Positions 26,434 to 41,007 of a stretch of DNA of 64,000 nucleotides are shown piece by piece. Source of the stretch: Octopus vulgaris (lineage: Eukaryota); the NCBI GenBank assembly GCA_951406725.2, contig OX597831.1:41044001-41108000 (forward strand). Reading direction: 5' to 3'. Both the position numbers and the translations under genes were made by a program. The notes under the pieces are model-generated. The model searched no databases. It was not told the DNA's origin and saw nothing but the letters and a program-made list of their open reading frames with translations. Each line of letters begins with the position of its first letter. Position 1 is the first letter of the stretch.

Positions 26434-26454
26434 TGTATGTGTTTATACATATAT

Positions 26455-26503
<49 letters not shown>

Positions 26504-26504
26504 A

Positions 26505-26535
<31 letters not shown>

Positions 26536-26540
26536 GTATG

Positions 26541-26571
<31 letters not shown>

Positions 26572-26582
26572 ATATATATGTG

Positions 26583-26657
<75 letters not shown>

Positions 26658-26937
26658 GTGTGTGTGTGTGTATGCATATGTATGTGCCACATGTTAGACG
26701 AGGTTCTTCGTAATAACAGTGTAGCACAAAACGGCGGTGCATCAGCATGGCCGCAGCTCTGAGCTGAAACTAGAGAGAAAAAAATATACATACATACATA
26801 AATACATACATACATAAATACATACATACATACATGCATACATGCATACATACATACATACATACGTACATACATATATATGTGTGTGTGTGCGTGTGTG
26901 TGTGTGTGCGAGCGCGTGTGTGTGTGTTGTGGCGAAT

Positions 26938-27407
26938 AGGCGCAGGAGTGGATCTATGGTAAGTAGCTTGCTTACCAACCACATGGTTCCGAGTTAAGTC
27001 CCACTGCCTGACACCTTGGGCAAGTGTCTTCTACCATAGCCTCGGGCCGACCAAAGCCTTGTGAGTGGATTTGGTTGACGAAAACTGAAAGAAGCCCGTT
27101 GTATATATATATGTGTGTATGTGTGTGCGTGTCTGTATGCCCCCTCCATCGTTTGACAACCGATGCTGGTGTGTTTATGTCCCCGTAACTTAGCGGTTCG
27201 GCAAAAGGTTACCGATAGAATAAATACTAGGCTTACAAAGAATAAGTCCTGGGGTCGATTTGTTCGACTAGTGGCGATGCTCCAGCATGGCTGCAATCAA
27301 ATAACTGAAACTAATAAAAGAATAAAAGAATATATATATATTTCCGGGTTCATGCCTTGTGAGTGGATTTGGTAGACGGAAACTGAAAGAAGCCTGTCGT
27401 ATATATG

Positions 27408-27448
<41 letters not shown>

Positions 27449-27656
27449 TTGTGTGTCTGTGTTTGTTCCCCTAGCATTGCCTGACAACCGATGCTGGTGT
27501 GTTTACGTCCCCGTCAATTAGCGGTTCGGCAAAAGAGACCGATAGAATAAGTACTGGGCTTACAAAGAATAAGGGGTCGATTTGCTCGACTAAAGGCGGT
27601 GCTCCAGCATGGCCGCAGTCAAATGACTGAAACAAGTAAAAGAGTAAAAAAGAGTA
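26938..27656 (+). mobile_element. Two tandem SINE family A copies (26938-27330 full; 27343-27656 5'-truncated)
   Basis: Homology to family. Confidence 0.88.
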
Positions 27657-27766
27657 ATATATGTGTATATAAATAAAAAATGGCAAGCAAAGGGTTGCTT
27701 AGCCACATGTATTATATGTATGTATGTATGTATTATATGTGTGTGTATGTATGTGTGTGTGCGTGT

Positions 27767-27798
<32 letters not shown>

Positions 27799-28048
27799 AT
27801 AATTTAAATTATCAGAGTAAAAAATTGAATATTAATTTGATTAATATCAATTTAAACCAGTGTCTTGCTCGCTTATGTTCTGGCGTTTGCTGAATTTTCT
27901 AGAGAACAATCTTTTCTAAGTGGCCAGACCATATGGGGTCTACCTCTAGCATACAGAATGTCCACTTAGTGGTCATCCCTCTTACATGTATGAAATTATA
28001 TATACATATATACATATATATAGTTGTATATATATATGTATATATAGT

Positions 28049-28116
<68 letters not shown>

Positions 28117-28547
28117 CGGCTGGTGCTTTATGAACTTTTAATGTGGTTTTAGAGTCAAGTTTTGGCTGCTATTTCCAGCGTGGTGGTATCTCTTAGATAC
28201 CCTAAATTATAATTTTAATAATAATTATTATCTTTGAAGGTTTTTATTTCCATGCTGGCCACTTCATAAGTTCGATATTTAAATAACGATATTATCCTTT
28301 ATTTATATAAAATTTTATTTATATATATATATATATATTCATATATATTCATACATGTGTACACGTGGAAGCATCTTTTATGTAGGCATATGTGTGTTCG
28401 TATATACATATGCATGCGTCCATACTTAAACAAATATTACACACAGCCGCACACACACATACATGCATAAATACATACATACATACAATATTTACAAATA
28501 TATATATATATATATATATAGTGTGCATGTGTGTGTGTGCGTATGTT

Positions 28548-28587
<40 letters not shown>

Positions 28588-28805
28588 TGAGTGTGTATGT
28601 GTGCGTGCGTGCGTGCGTGCGTGCGTGTGTGCTAAATTTCTATATACATTTGCCATTTGTTTCAGCTATTTGGATCTTCGGAAACAACAAATGCCTCGTT
28701 TGTAATTAACCTTGAATAAATTCTAGTAAGAACTCTGTTTTCATTAATTATGGATTACTTTGATCTTATGATCCAGTTTACCTGCGCATATATTATAAAT
28801 ACTTG

Positions 28806-28929
<124 letters not shown>

Positions 28930-28952
28930 TATATACATATATATATATATAC

Positions 28953-29018
<66 letters not shown>

Positions 29019-29311
29019 ATGCAAACACACATACACACACGCACACTTATGCATATGTATATGTGTGTGTGTACCTATGTGTTTATGTATACACTTACGT
29101 ACGTGTTTATCCGCACAGAGACTGGGTACATGGAAATAGTCGTATGCATGCGTTTATATATATATCTGTATGTATGCACGGATATGTATGTACATGTATA
29201 TATGTACATATTTACATATATCTGTATGTATTTGTGATATGTATTTACATGTGTGTATGTATATTACGTATATATATTAAATCTATGTATGTATAAATAT
29301 ATATGTGTGTG

Positions 29312-29379
<68 letters not shown>

Positions 29380-30091
29380 TCGTATATATATCCACGTACA
29401 CGCACATGGGTTCGTCTCTGTGTTTGTGTGAAAGAGTGAGAAAGAGTGGAAGGAAATTAAAGTAAAGAAATAGAATTACAAAATTAATTATCTTTGACGA
29501 TAATCACATGAAATCTGTGTTTATAAAACTTGAAAGAGATTTCGCGGAGATTGGAGCTGTGATGTGCGAAGTGGGATATGTGCTATACAGTTATGAAAGC
29601 TGGTGGGGATTCATTAGTAAATGAAGTGTTGGTGGCATAACGACGGAAACAACTTAATGAGACACAGGGTAATTCCTTTAGATATGATAAACAACAACGG
29701 CGCAAAGGATAACACGGTTATATAATCTCCCTCCAACTTGTTTGAGGAGCCTCGACTTAGTGGTCAGCCGTGATGGAAATAGCACCCGAATTACCTCTCG
29801 AGTAGTTCCCACATTAGTGGCTCAAACTTATGCAGAACTACCCTGTTGAGTAATCGATGAAAATAGTACAATTCATGTTTGACTGAGAAATATCATATCC
29901 GAAATCATCTCACACTAACTGTGATTATGAAAGTCAGAAATAACATCGACATGCAGACAGCGCATGGTATATTTTTATATCTTTCGTGGTAACGGACACA
30001 TTGCTCACTCTCTCTGTCTCTCTTCTCTCTCCGTCTCTTCTCTCTCCGTCTCTTCTCTCTCCGTCTCTTCCCTTCTCTCTGTTTCTCTCTC

Positions 30092-30154
<63 letters not shown>

Positions 30155-30157
<3 letters not shown>

Positions 30158-30890
30158 ATTAAGGCAATCCTGAAGTTGTTCCTTCAGCCTCCCATGTAAG
30201 CTACTAAATTTCTTTAGCCAGTATCCTTGAACTAAATCTAATCCTGGACTCATCCAATTTGGCATTTTTCCTAACACTTTACTCATTAAGGCACTAATTA
30301 GTCTTAGATCCGGCTGCTTCTCTCTCACTACTTCTTCCCTCACTTTCATTAACCATACTGCATCTCCATTATGACTGACTGGTTTATCCCAGGTATTACT
30401 TCAGAACTTTCTAGCTTCTTCCGCATTAGGTTTCTCATCTTCAATATTTCGTTCTCCACTGTTTATTTGGTTATAAAATCTCCTCGGAACTCCTCTGCCT
30501 CAAATAAACTATTCTGTTGGTACTGATCTGATATCTGGAGAGCTTGCCTGCTATTGCTATGATATGCTGTTTCAACTCTTCTATGACTGTCCCAAATCCT
30601 TTCTCTTTGACAAAGTATCTTTTCTCGGGGGAAGATTTGCTTTTGACCCTCTTCCCACACATTCTGCAGATGTTTGTTGCACTTGTGTGGTATATATCCC
30701 TTTTCACTGAGTTGGTATTCAGTACTTGAGTCTGGGCAGCGATGATTAGGCTTTCAGACTTCTTTTTTAAGTCACCCTTGCTGAGCCACCTCCATGATGC
30801 TTCCTGGTCTTTTAAGTTATTAGTTTTGCGGTGGAACTGACCATGCTTGTCGCAATTACTTGCCGAGACACACCCAGCGTCCTGGGGCAA
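30155..30890 (-). pseudogene. R4/Dong-clade LINE ORF fragments, rearranged and decayed
   Basis: KHGQF...SWRWLSKGDLKKKSESLIIAAQTQVLNT...CRMCG (pre-CCHC region) and KMPNWMSPGLDLVQGYWLKKFSSLH (RT domain-0 region). Confidence 0.85.
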
Positions 30891-31032
30891 GTGAAGGATA
30901 AGAGATATTACAGAAAGCTATGGGAGGAGGAGTGCCAGGGACATGAGCGAAATGTCTTCATGTAATACAACACAGACATTCAAATGTAGAGGGTTTTTCT
31001 GAGGATGAAGAAAAAAGTCTTATACATTTATA

Positions 31033-31460
31033 GGCGCAGGAGTAGTTGTGTGGTAAGTAGCTTGCTTACCAACCACATGGCTCCGGGTTCAGTCCCACTG
31101 CGTGGCACCTTGGGCAGACGTCTTCTACTATAACCTCGCGCCCAAAGCCTTGCGAGTGGATTTGGTAGACGGAAACTGAAAGAAGCCTATCGTATGTGTG
31201 TGTATGCGTGTGCGTGTGTGTATATGTGTGTGTGTGTGCGTGTGTATATGTATATGTTTGCGTCCCCCACCATCGCTTGACAACCGATGTTGGTGTGGTT
31301 ATGTACCCGTAACTTAGCGGTTCGGCAAAATAGACCGATTGAACAAGTACTAGGCTTGGAAAGAATAAGTCCTGGAGTCGATTTGCTCGACTAAAGGCGG
31401 TACTCCAGCATGGCCACAGTTAAATGTCTGAAGCAAGTAAAAGAAACGAATAAAAGAATA
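31033..31460 (+). mobile_element. SINE family A, full length
   Basis: Homology to family. Confidence 0.9.
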
Positions 31461-31718
31461 AAATAATTTAAATGTCTATGTAATATTTCGCGACTTCCCT
31501 GGCCACCCACCCCACAGGCTTCCAGTTATACTGTAACATCTCTTATCCTTCATTCGCCTCAGGACGTTGGGTGTGTCTCGGCTAGTGATTGTAACAAACA
31601 CGCAAATTAAAAGCAAAAAAGAATTAATTCTGGTTTCATTGGCCACAAGGGCTAACATAAATTAAAAACATGTAAGGAAGAAGAGGGTTTACTAAAAATG
31701 GACTTGAGTGTTAATCAA

Positions 31719-31818
<100 letters not shown>

Positions 31819-31857
31819 CAGCATGATTATTATTATTATTTTCTTGATTGAAAGACT

Positions 31858-32050
31858 CTGAGCTACCAGAATCATTAGCACGCCAGGAAAATGCTTAGGG
31901 TGCATTTCTTCCGGCTTTACATTCTGAGTTCAAATACCAACGATGATAACTTTGTCTTTCATCTTCATGGGGTCGATAAAACAAGTACAATTAGAACGCT
32001 GGGGTCAGTGTAATCTACTTACCCCTTCCCTCAAAATTTCAGGCCATATT
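31858..32050 (+). mobile_element. SINE family B, degenerate monomer
   Basis: GAGTTCAAATACC...CTTTCATCTTCATGGGGTCGATAAA. Confidence 0.75.
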
Positions 32051-32379
32051 AAAAACAATTTCAGGCCATGTAACTATATTAAAAAACAATCATTATAAGG
32101 TCTGTAAAGGTGGAACAGATGGTAACATTCTGAGCAGTAATTCAATTTCATTGATTAATGACCGAGTCAAACTTCGGAATTAATCCAACTTTTAGTCATC
32201 AGGAAATATTTACATTATTCTGTTTAAAATACAGCAGCTGATCAAACACGCCATGTGTGTCAGTGTGAAGGCACACGTATGCAATAGAATGTTATACAGG
32301 ACCAAAGAGCCACCAACTAAAGGCGATACACCGGAACCCTAGTGACGTACAGGATTGAGGCGACAATAACAACAAAACT

Positions 32380-32986
32380 AAGGCGGCGAGCTGGCAGAAA
32401 CGTTAGCACGCCGGGCAAAATGCTTAGTGGTATTTCGTCTGACGTTACATTCTGAGTTCAAATTCCGCGGAGGTCGATCGACTTTGCCTTTCATCCTTTC
32501 GGGGTCGATTAAATAAGTACCAGTTATGCACTGGGGTCGATGTAATCGACTTAATCCGTGTGTCTGTCCTTGTTTGTCCCCTCTGTGTTTAGCCCCTTGT
32601 GGATAACAAAGAAATAGGTATTTCGTCAGCCGTTAAGTTCTGAGTTCAAATTCCGCCGAGGTCGACTTTGCCTTTTATCCTTTCGGGGACGATAAATTAA
32701 GTACCAGTTACTCACTGGAATCAATGTTATGGACTTAATCCCTTTGTCTGTCCTTGTTTGTCCCCTCTATGTTTAGCCCCTTGTGTGCAATAAATAAGAA
32801 ACGTTAGCACGCCGGGCAAAATGATTAGCGGTATTTCGTTCTGGGTTCAAATTCCACCGAGGTCGACTTTTTTCATTTATCCTTTCGGGGTCGATAAATT
32901 AAGTACCAGTTGTGTACTGGGGCCGATCTAGTCGATTAGCCCCCTTCCCCAAAATTTCGGGCCTTGTGCCCAGAGTAGAAAAGAAT
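32380..32986 (+). mobile_element. SINE family B trimer with 15-bp TSD
   Basis: Three cores; AATAACAACAAAACT at 32365-32379 and 32987-33001. Confidence 0.9.
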
Positions 32987-33499
32987 AATAACAACAAAAC
33001 TTTTCACATATTTTTTGTCTTTCACTTGTTTCAGCCATTAGACAGTGGCTATGCTGGGGCACCACTTTGAAGAATTTCAATTGAATGAAATGAACCAATA
33101 ACTTTTTTTTTTGCTTGGTACTTATTTTATCGAACTAAGACACTGGCACGTAAACATACCAACACCGATTGTTAAACAGTGACGGTGCACACACACATAC
33201 ACATACATACATACATACATACATACATACATACATACATACATACATACATACATACATACATACATACATACATACATACATACATACATACATACAT
33301 ACATACATGCATACATATGAGTGTGTGTGTACACATATTCACACGACGGGTTACCTTCAGCTTCTGTCAAAAGATTTTGGTCGATTCAAGGCTATACTAG
33401 AAGACACTTGCCCAAGTTGCCACGCAGTGGGACTGAACCCGGAACCATGTGTTTGGGAAGTAGGCTTCTTTCCGCACAGCCATACTCGCGGCTTTAGAC

Positions 33500-33706
33500 C
33501 AAGCGTGGGTAAAGTATTCCTAGAAGCGGCCGCAAGAGAGTTGTTCACCATTAGGTGGGCCGCACTGCTAAAAAAAATTCAAAGTAATTTTTCGCTTAGG
33601 CGTGTCATTTAAAAAGTGCCGCGGACCGCATTACTAAAATGATTCAAGGTTTCGTTTAAGGCACGTCATTGTAAAAACCACACGAGCCGCAGTCTGCCCA
33701 ATTCTG
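33500..33706. mobile_element. hAT-Charlie-type MITE, old
   Basis: Degenerate TIRs CAAGCGTGGGTAAA / TCTGCCCAATTCTG; 8-bp TSD CTTTAGAC / ATTTAGAC; GGCCGCA subterminal motifs. Confidence 0.7.
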
Positions 33707-34257
33707 ATTTAGACAATTGTTATGTAAACCTAAACCAGTGGAATGTTCGTAGGTAATGTCCACCTTTAACATAAAGAAATTTTTTGAGATTCACTTTTAA
33801 CAGTGAAGAGGAAAGAAAAGAATAAATCTACAAAAAAACGTTTAAAAGTTATAGTACAACTTATATAAAATGTCTAATAAATAAAAATAGTAAAATTCAG
33901 AGGAAATATCATGGAAGAGATCTAAGTCTTTTAATTTGTACTGATTTATGGGAATTGTGTTTTGTAATGTTTTTTTTTTTTTCGCTTTTACTTCATTTTT
34001 TTTTTTGTTTCCGTTTTTTGTTTCTGTTTTGGTTTTTTTTTCCTGCTTTTCCAATAAAACCAAAAGTTACAACAAAAGTATAAAACGTAAAAAACGTAGG
34101 CCTGATGGAAAGTACTTTTCGTTTTAGTGCTGAACACGCAGTGAAACATACACGCATATGCAGACACACGCACGCACGCACGCACACAGTTGCACACCAC
34201 CTGAGCATGCACATTGACACCCTTCTCCCTCACATATATATACATACATACACATAT

Positions 34258-34304
<47 letters not shown>

Positions 34305-34384
34305 GTATGTATATATATATATATATATATTTTATATATATATATAAAAGTATATCGTTCGTTATTGCTCTGTATATATATATG

Positions 34385-34432
<48 letters not shown>

Positions 34433-35783
34433 TATCCAGACCAATAACGAGCGATAGACTTTTAGATATATGTACAAACGTACACATACACACACACACA
34501 CACACTCACATATACACACACACACACACATATATATATATATGTGTATGTGTATGTGTGTGTGTGCTATATATTGTTCCACCGTGGCAGCGACAAAGGA
34601 CAAAGGAAACACAGTTATTCTTTAATCTTTAACCTTTTGCACAGCATTGTGAGAATAATAAATAGCAATAACACAGAAACGAATCGTCGATAACACAAAC
34701 ATTGTTGCACCTGTTGTTTAGCGCCCCTCCTCACCGCCGCCAATTCCATGTCCCACTTATTAGAGAACATCTATGATCAAAGACAGTCCAACAGTGGCAT
34801 CCCACCTTTTTTTTTTGTCACTAGAAATACATCATTTAATTTTCCCCTCTCGATTTTATTAATTTTTTTTCAGAAGATTGTAGGAGAGTAAAAGTGGTGA
34901 CTGATGGGAGATTTGGCTGCTACTTACAGCATGTCGACAAATACAGTAGAACTTTTTTCCATAGGACGCAAATGCTAAAACACGTCGCCATTTTTTTTCT
35001 ATTAATCCGTTTTAGAAATTTCTGTATGGTCACCTTAATGACGTAGCTAATGTGTGTGCCACCCGGGGCAGCCGTTGACGTTGTGCCCCCACCTCGACCC
35101 CAACTTCTATTGATACTTACATTGTGCACACATTTTTGTGCAACATCGTGGTAAAAATCGTTGTGGACCCCCGCTACCCGCCATCTCATATTAGAGTTAA
35201 GTATTTGCTATATTGATTTCTATAAATTTTATTTCAGCTATAAGTAGTCAAAGACCACGATTTTAGCAAGCAATTTTACATTTATATCCACATGTTTCTC
35301 TGTGGGCTTACGTGTTATATAAATTTATAGCTATGAATATACAAAACACACACACACACACACACGAGAGAACGCGCGCACGCAGAGCCGGGATACAGAG
35401 AGCGCGATGTGTCTGTTACCACAAAAAAGAAAGATAAGAATGTCATACGATGTCTGCATGTCGACATTACCTCTGACCTTCCATTCATAATTAAAGTGGG
35501 AGGATTTTCGTTATGATATTTCTCTGTCATACATAAACTGCACGTTTTTTCCTCGATTACTCAACAGAGTGGTTCTGCCTAAGTTTGACCCACAAATGTC
35601 GGCAGACATACCCTAATCGTTCTTTTTCAAAATTTTCAAGAGTGATGTAGTTTGCTTTATAACAAATATTTCCAAGAACTATTTCAATGATATAATTGTA
35701 TTGAGTGCTCTGTAGAAATCTGTTATATATATGTGTGTGTGTTTGTATGTGTGCGTGCGTGTGTGTGTGTGTCTGTGTGTGTG

Positions 35784-35838
<55 letters not shown>

Positions 35839-36058
35839 ATATATATACACACGCGCGCACGCACATATATATATGTATATATATATATGTATGTGTGTGT
35901 ATACATATGACTATGTATATATATGTATGTGTGTCCGTGTGCATTTCAATGTGTATGTATGTGTGCTGTGCCTGTAATAAGAAATGTTCTCAGTTGTACA
36001 AATCCATTTTAAAAAAGTTAACTTTCCTTCAGAGCTACGACTATCGCTGTTTATATAT

Positions 36059-36109
<51 letters not shown>

Positions 36110-36792
36110 CATACACACATACATATATACATATAGGCATATATATATGTTTATGTATAAAACATATATAAATATATATATATATGCTTATATATATATA
36201 TACACACACGCATGTGTATATACACACATGCGTATGTATGTATGTATTTAGTGATTTATATTTGCAAGATTTCCATCAATAAATTTCGTTTGTATCATCT
36301 ATCTCTGAATCTATTTCGTTTTAAATTTCCTCCTCTCCCAATGCACACACCTGACACTCATACACACACTCATACACACACACACACACATACACACACA
36401 CACATACATTCACACGAGCATACACACAAACATGCTCCATTCTCTGTTCTTTCTCTCCAATTTCGTGTTATTACTCTCCATCTCTGAAGTAAATATGAAC
36501 AACACACATACACACACAAATCACACACACACACAAATCACACACACACACAAATCACACACACATACATCACATGCACGTGGCACATGCAGACACACTC
36601 TTCGTTCCTCTTAAAACCATGCAACAAGTCTTTTCTGCCACTTGACTTCGGCAATAGATCTGAAAAACAAAAGAAATTTTTAGAACTTCAAACAAATAGC
36701 CATTCCACTCCGCTCCTCACCAAAACCACCCCAGCCAACAATAAATCCGAACGGCATTATACTTTGTATTATTATCAATATCATTATTATTA

Positions 36793-36901
<109 letters not shown>

Positions 36902-37204
36902 TATTATTATCATTATGTATATATAAATATATGTATGTATATAAGTATATGTATGTATTTATGTATATGTATATATATATATATACATATATAAATACAT
37001 ACATATATATAATATATATATACTATAATACATATGTATTATATGTATTTATACATATATAGAGAGAGGGAACGTGTAGGTAGATAGATAGATTATACAT
37101 ATGTACATATATATGATATATATATACTACATATATTATATATATACTTATACACACACACGCATACACAACACACACACAAATATACATAAATATATAT
37201 ATAC

Positions 37205-37259
<55 letters not shown>

Positions 37260-37299
37260 TATGTATACATATATATGTATATATATATATATATGTATA

Positions 37300-37410
<111 letters not shown>

Positions 37411-38124
37411 TGTGCGTGTATGTATATATTTTGTAGCATGAAATTTTAATGTCTTTTTTTTCCATTTTTTCCCTTTTTTTCATTTTCATTATTTTATCTT
37501 GTCTTTTCTTTCTTTTTCGCTCTCTTCTGACATTATATTGCGAATGAATTTCGAAATAACATTCATTACAAACTATACGAGCAACAGTACGGACTGCAAC
37601 AGTAGCAACATCATTAAATTGAAGCATAGTACTAACTGCATAAGACAGCCATATCAGAAACAATACAGCAAAAAAAGCTAGCATATTCATATGCAGAGAC
37701 ATACAGAGACGCGCATGCGTGTTTGTCTGTGTGTGCGTGTGCGTGTGTTTTAAATGGTTAATACGTAATATAGAGTGTACTGCAAGCTTTATTTGGGACA
37801 ACGATCGTTTCGATATACTTTTGCACTGCTCCCCAGTGGATGGAGAACAATGTAAATGAATCAAATGCACCACATATTTCAGAAGAAAACTCTTCAGGTC
37901 ACATAAAACGGTTGAGTGTTATACGACGTACCGAGGAGTTCCTTACGTGCATCCAGCAACGAAAGTGCACGGCCCCGGATGATGGCTGGCAGCCCTAGGC
38001 GGCCAACGTGCTCGGTAGGCTCACTACAAGGAATATTCCCATAACAAGGTTTGGATACTCCACTTTAGTCTCCTACCTAACCTTTAACTTTAAATACATA
38101 CATACATATATATATATATTTATT

Positions 38125-38433
38125 TAATACAAAACGGCACAAGAACGCAAAATATCAGAACAGGTGATACAAAAATGAGACAACAAAACATCCAGATAGA
38201 CGATACAAAGTAACCAAGGACGGGTCATTCGAAGTTTTCTCTCCTCAGTCGAGTACCAGGTTATCTTCGCAATTTCGGCTGATTATACTCGAGGTTGCTC
38301 CAATCTGGCCAGCCCCAAGGAAAAACTAAGCTAAGAGCATTAGATTCCTTGGAAGAAAGCAGCGAATGTGTACAAAAACAAGGACGGAAAATCGGACGAG
38401 GTTACACAAATACAATAAAAATAATAACAGGAC

Positions 38434-38435
<2 letters not shown>
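38125..38435 (-). mobile_element. Penelope-like terminal fragment between (TA)n tracts
   Basis: Related to 15826-15948 and loosely to 9300-9560. Confidence 0.5.
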
Positions 38436-38492
<57 letters not shown>

Positions 38493-38663
38493 TCTTTATT
38501 CTTTTATCCATCCTATTACTTGTTTCAGTCATTTGGTTGCGGCCATGCTGGAGCACAGCTTATTCTTTGTAACCCTATCGGGTCTTTTGCTGAACCGCTT
38601 ACTCACGAGGGCATAAACGCACCTACATCGGTAGTCAAGCGATGGTGAGGGGACAAACACGTG

Positions 38664-38694
<31 letters not shown>

Positions 38695-38796
38695 GCACAT
38701 ACACACACATATATATATATATATACGGACGGAATGCCGCTGTGAATTTTTCCCGTCTTGTTAACATAAGCATGACAATATCCAACCAATAGTCTA

Positions 38797-39371
38797 AAGC
38801 GGCGAGTTGGCAGAAACGTTAGCACGCCGGGCAAAATGCCTAGCGTAATTTCGTCTGCCGTTATGTTGTGAGTTCAAATTCCGCCGAGGTCGACTTTGCC
38901 TTTCATCCTTTCGGGGTCGATGAATTAAGTACCAGTTACGCACTGGAGTCGATGTAATCGACTTAATACCTATGTCTGTCCTTGTTTGTCCCCTCTGTGT
39001 TTAGCCCCTTGTGGGTAATAAAGAAATAGGTATTTCGTCTGCCGCTATGTTCTGAGTTCAAATTCCGCCGAGGTCGACTTTGCCTTTCATCCTTTCGGGG
39101 TCGATTAAATAAGTACCAGTTAAGCACTGGGGTCGATATATTCCGTTTGTCTGACCTTGTTTGTCCCCTCTGTGTGTAGCCCCTTGTGTGCAGTAAAGAA
39201 ATAAGAAACGTTAGCACGCCGATCAAAATGCTTAGCGGTAGTTCGTCTGTCTTTATGTTCTGAGTTCAAATTCCACCGAGGTCGATTTTTTCTTTGATCC
39301 TTTCGGAATCGATAAATCAAGTACCAGTTGCATACTGGGGTCGATCTTGTGCCTGGAGTCGAAAAGAAAAG
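38797..39371 (+). mobile_element. SINE family B trimer with diverged 19-bp TSD
   Basis: Three cores; AATATCCAACCAATAGTCT (38777-38795) vs AATATTCAGCCAATACTCT (39372-39390). Confidence 0.9.
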
Positions 39372-39826
39372 AATATTCAGCCAATACTCTGACATGTATA
39401 CTTTCATCTCATAATAACTTCAAAGAAAAAATCGTACAACGTAGCAGAAAAGTCCCTTATGAGTTAAAATGAAATTCGGTCTTCTAAAATAGTTGCAAAT
39501 CAAAGCAGAACAAGTTTATTTACTTATTTACACGAGTTAATTAACACCTTAGGCACATACTATCCTTTCTCAGGGAGCTTTTCGCATTTTAAAATGCTCT
39601 TCGAGATAAAACTATTTAATGCATTTGATTTTTCCCGTATCGCGCGCTTGGTACTTTATCACGATCAGGAGCTGCTAATAAATTATAATTAAGAATTTGC
39701 AATTATTAATCGTTAAGGAAATACGAAACCTTAATGAGGCGAAAAGATATCGGCCTTTTAAACTCTTAGTTGACCTTGAAATCCACACTACGTTTGTATA
39801 TGCTCGAGCATGTGTATACGTCCCTG

Positions 39827-39897
<71 letters not shown>

Positions 39898-40197
39898 GTG
39901 TGTGCGTGTGTGTGTGTGTGTGTGTATGTGTAGTGCGCTACATAATATAGCAGAACTAGGAAAAGATTTATCATTTGGTCTAATACTCTCGATGATATAA
40001 TAACTGTAACCACTAGCTTGGCTAAGAACTTCCTGTCCACATTAAGTAAGCATTTTCCAACAAAAATTATACGTCTGCGTGTGAAACGTGTGTACGCGTG
40101 TGTGTGTGTGTGTGTGTCTGTGTCTGTGTGTGCTCGCGCATATGCTTTCTATGTAGTTCCTCTCATAAAGAAATGACTTCCTAAGTATGAGCAGTTC

Positions 40198-40222
40198 TGA
40201 TGATGATGATGATGATGATGAT

Positions 40223-40260
<38 letters not shown>

Positions 40261-40400
40261 AGACGACGACGACGACGATGATGAGGGTAGTGGTGGTGGT
40301 GGTGGTGATGATGATGATGATGATGATGATGGTGACGACGACGACGATGATGATGATAATGATGACGGCGATGATGATCAAAACAATAATCGTTATGATT
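40198..40400. repeat. (GAT)n/(GAC)n/(GGT)n triplet repeat
   Basis: Directly visible. Confidence 0.95.
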
Positions 40401-40409
40401 AGAATAATT

Positions 40410-40835
40410 TCAATTTTTAACGCAAGGCCAACAATCTTAGGTGTGGGAAGGGGATGTTTGTCGACCTGAGTCCTTGGTATTTTTTATCGACCCCCAAAGG
40501 GATGAAAGGTGCAGTTGGCCTCGGCGGGAATTGAACAGCAGTCTAAACGTAAAGAACCGGAAGTGCTGCTAAGCATTTTAACCGACGCACCAGCTTAATA
40601 ATAATAATAATAATAATAATGGCTTCAAATTTTGCCACAAGGGCAGCAATTTTGGAGGAGGGGATGAGTCGATTAAATCGACTCCAGTGTTCAGCTGGTA
40701 CTTATTTTATCGACCCAGAAAGGATGAAAGGCAAAGTCGATTTCGGCCAAATTTGAACTTAGATCTTAAATACGGACGAAAAGCCGCTAAGTATTTTGCC
40801 TAACGTGTTAATGATACTGCCAGCTCACCGCCTTG
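40410..40835 (-). mobile_element. Two SINE family B monomers separated by (AAT)n
   Basis: Cores at ~40485-40540 and ~40705-40760. Confidence 0.8.
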
Positions 40836-40843
40836 TAATAATA

Positions 40844-40956
<113 letters not shown>

Positions 40957-41007
40957 AACAACAACAACAATAACAATAACAATAAGAACGATAATAATAA
41001 TAATAAT

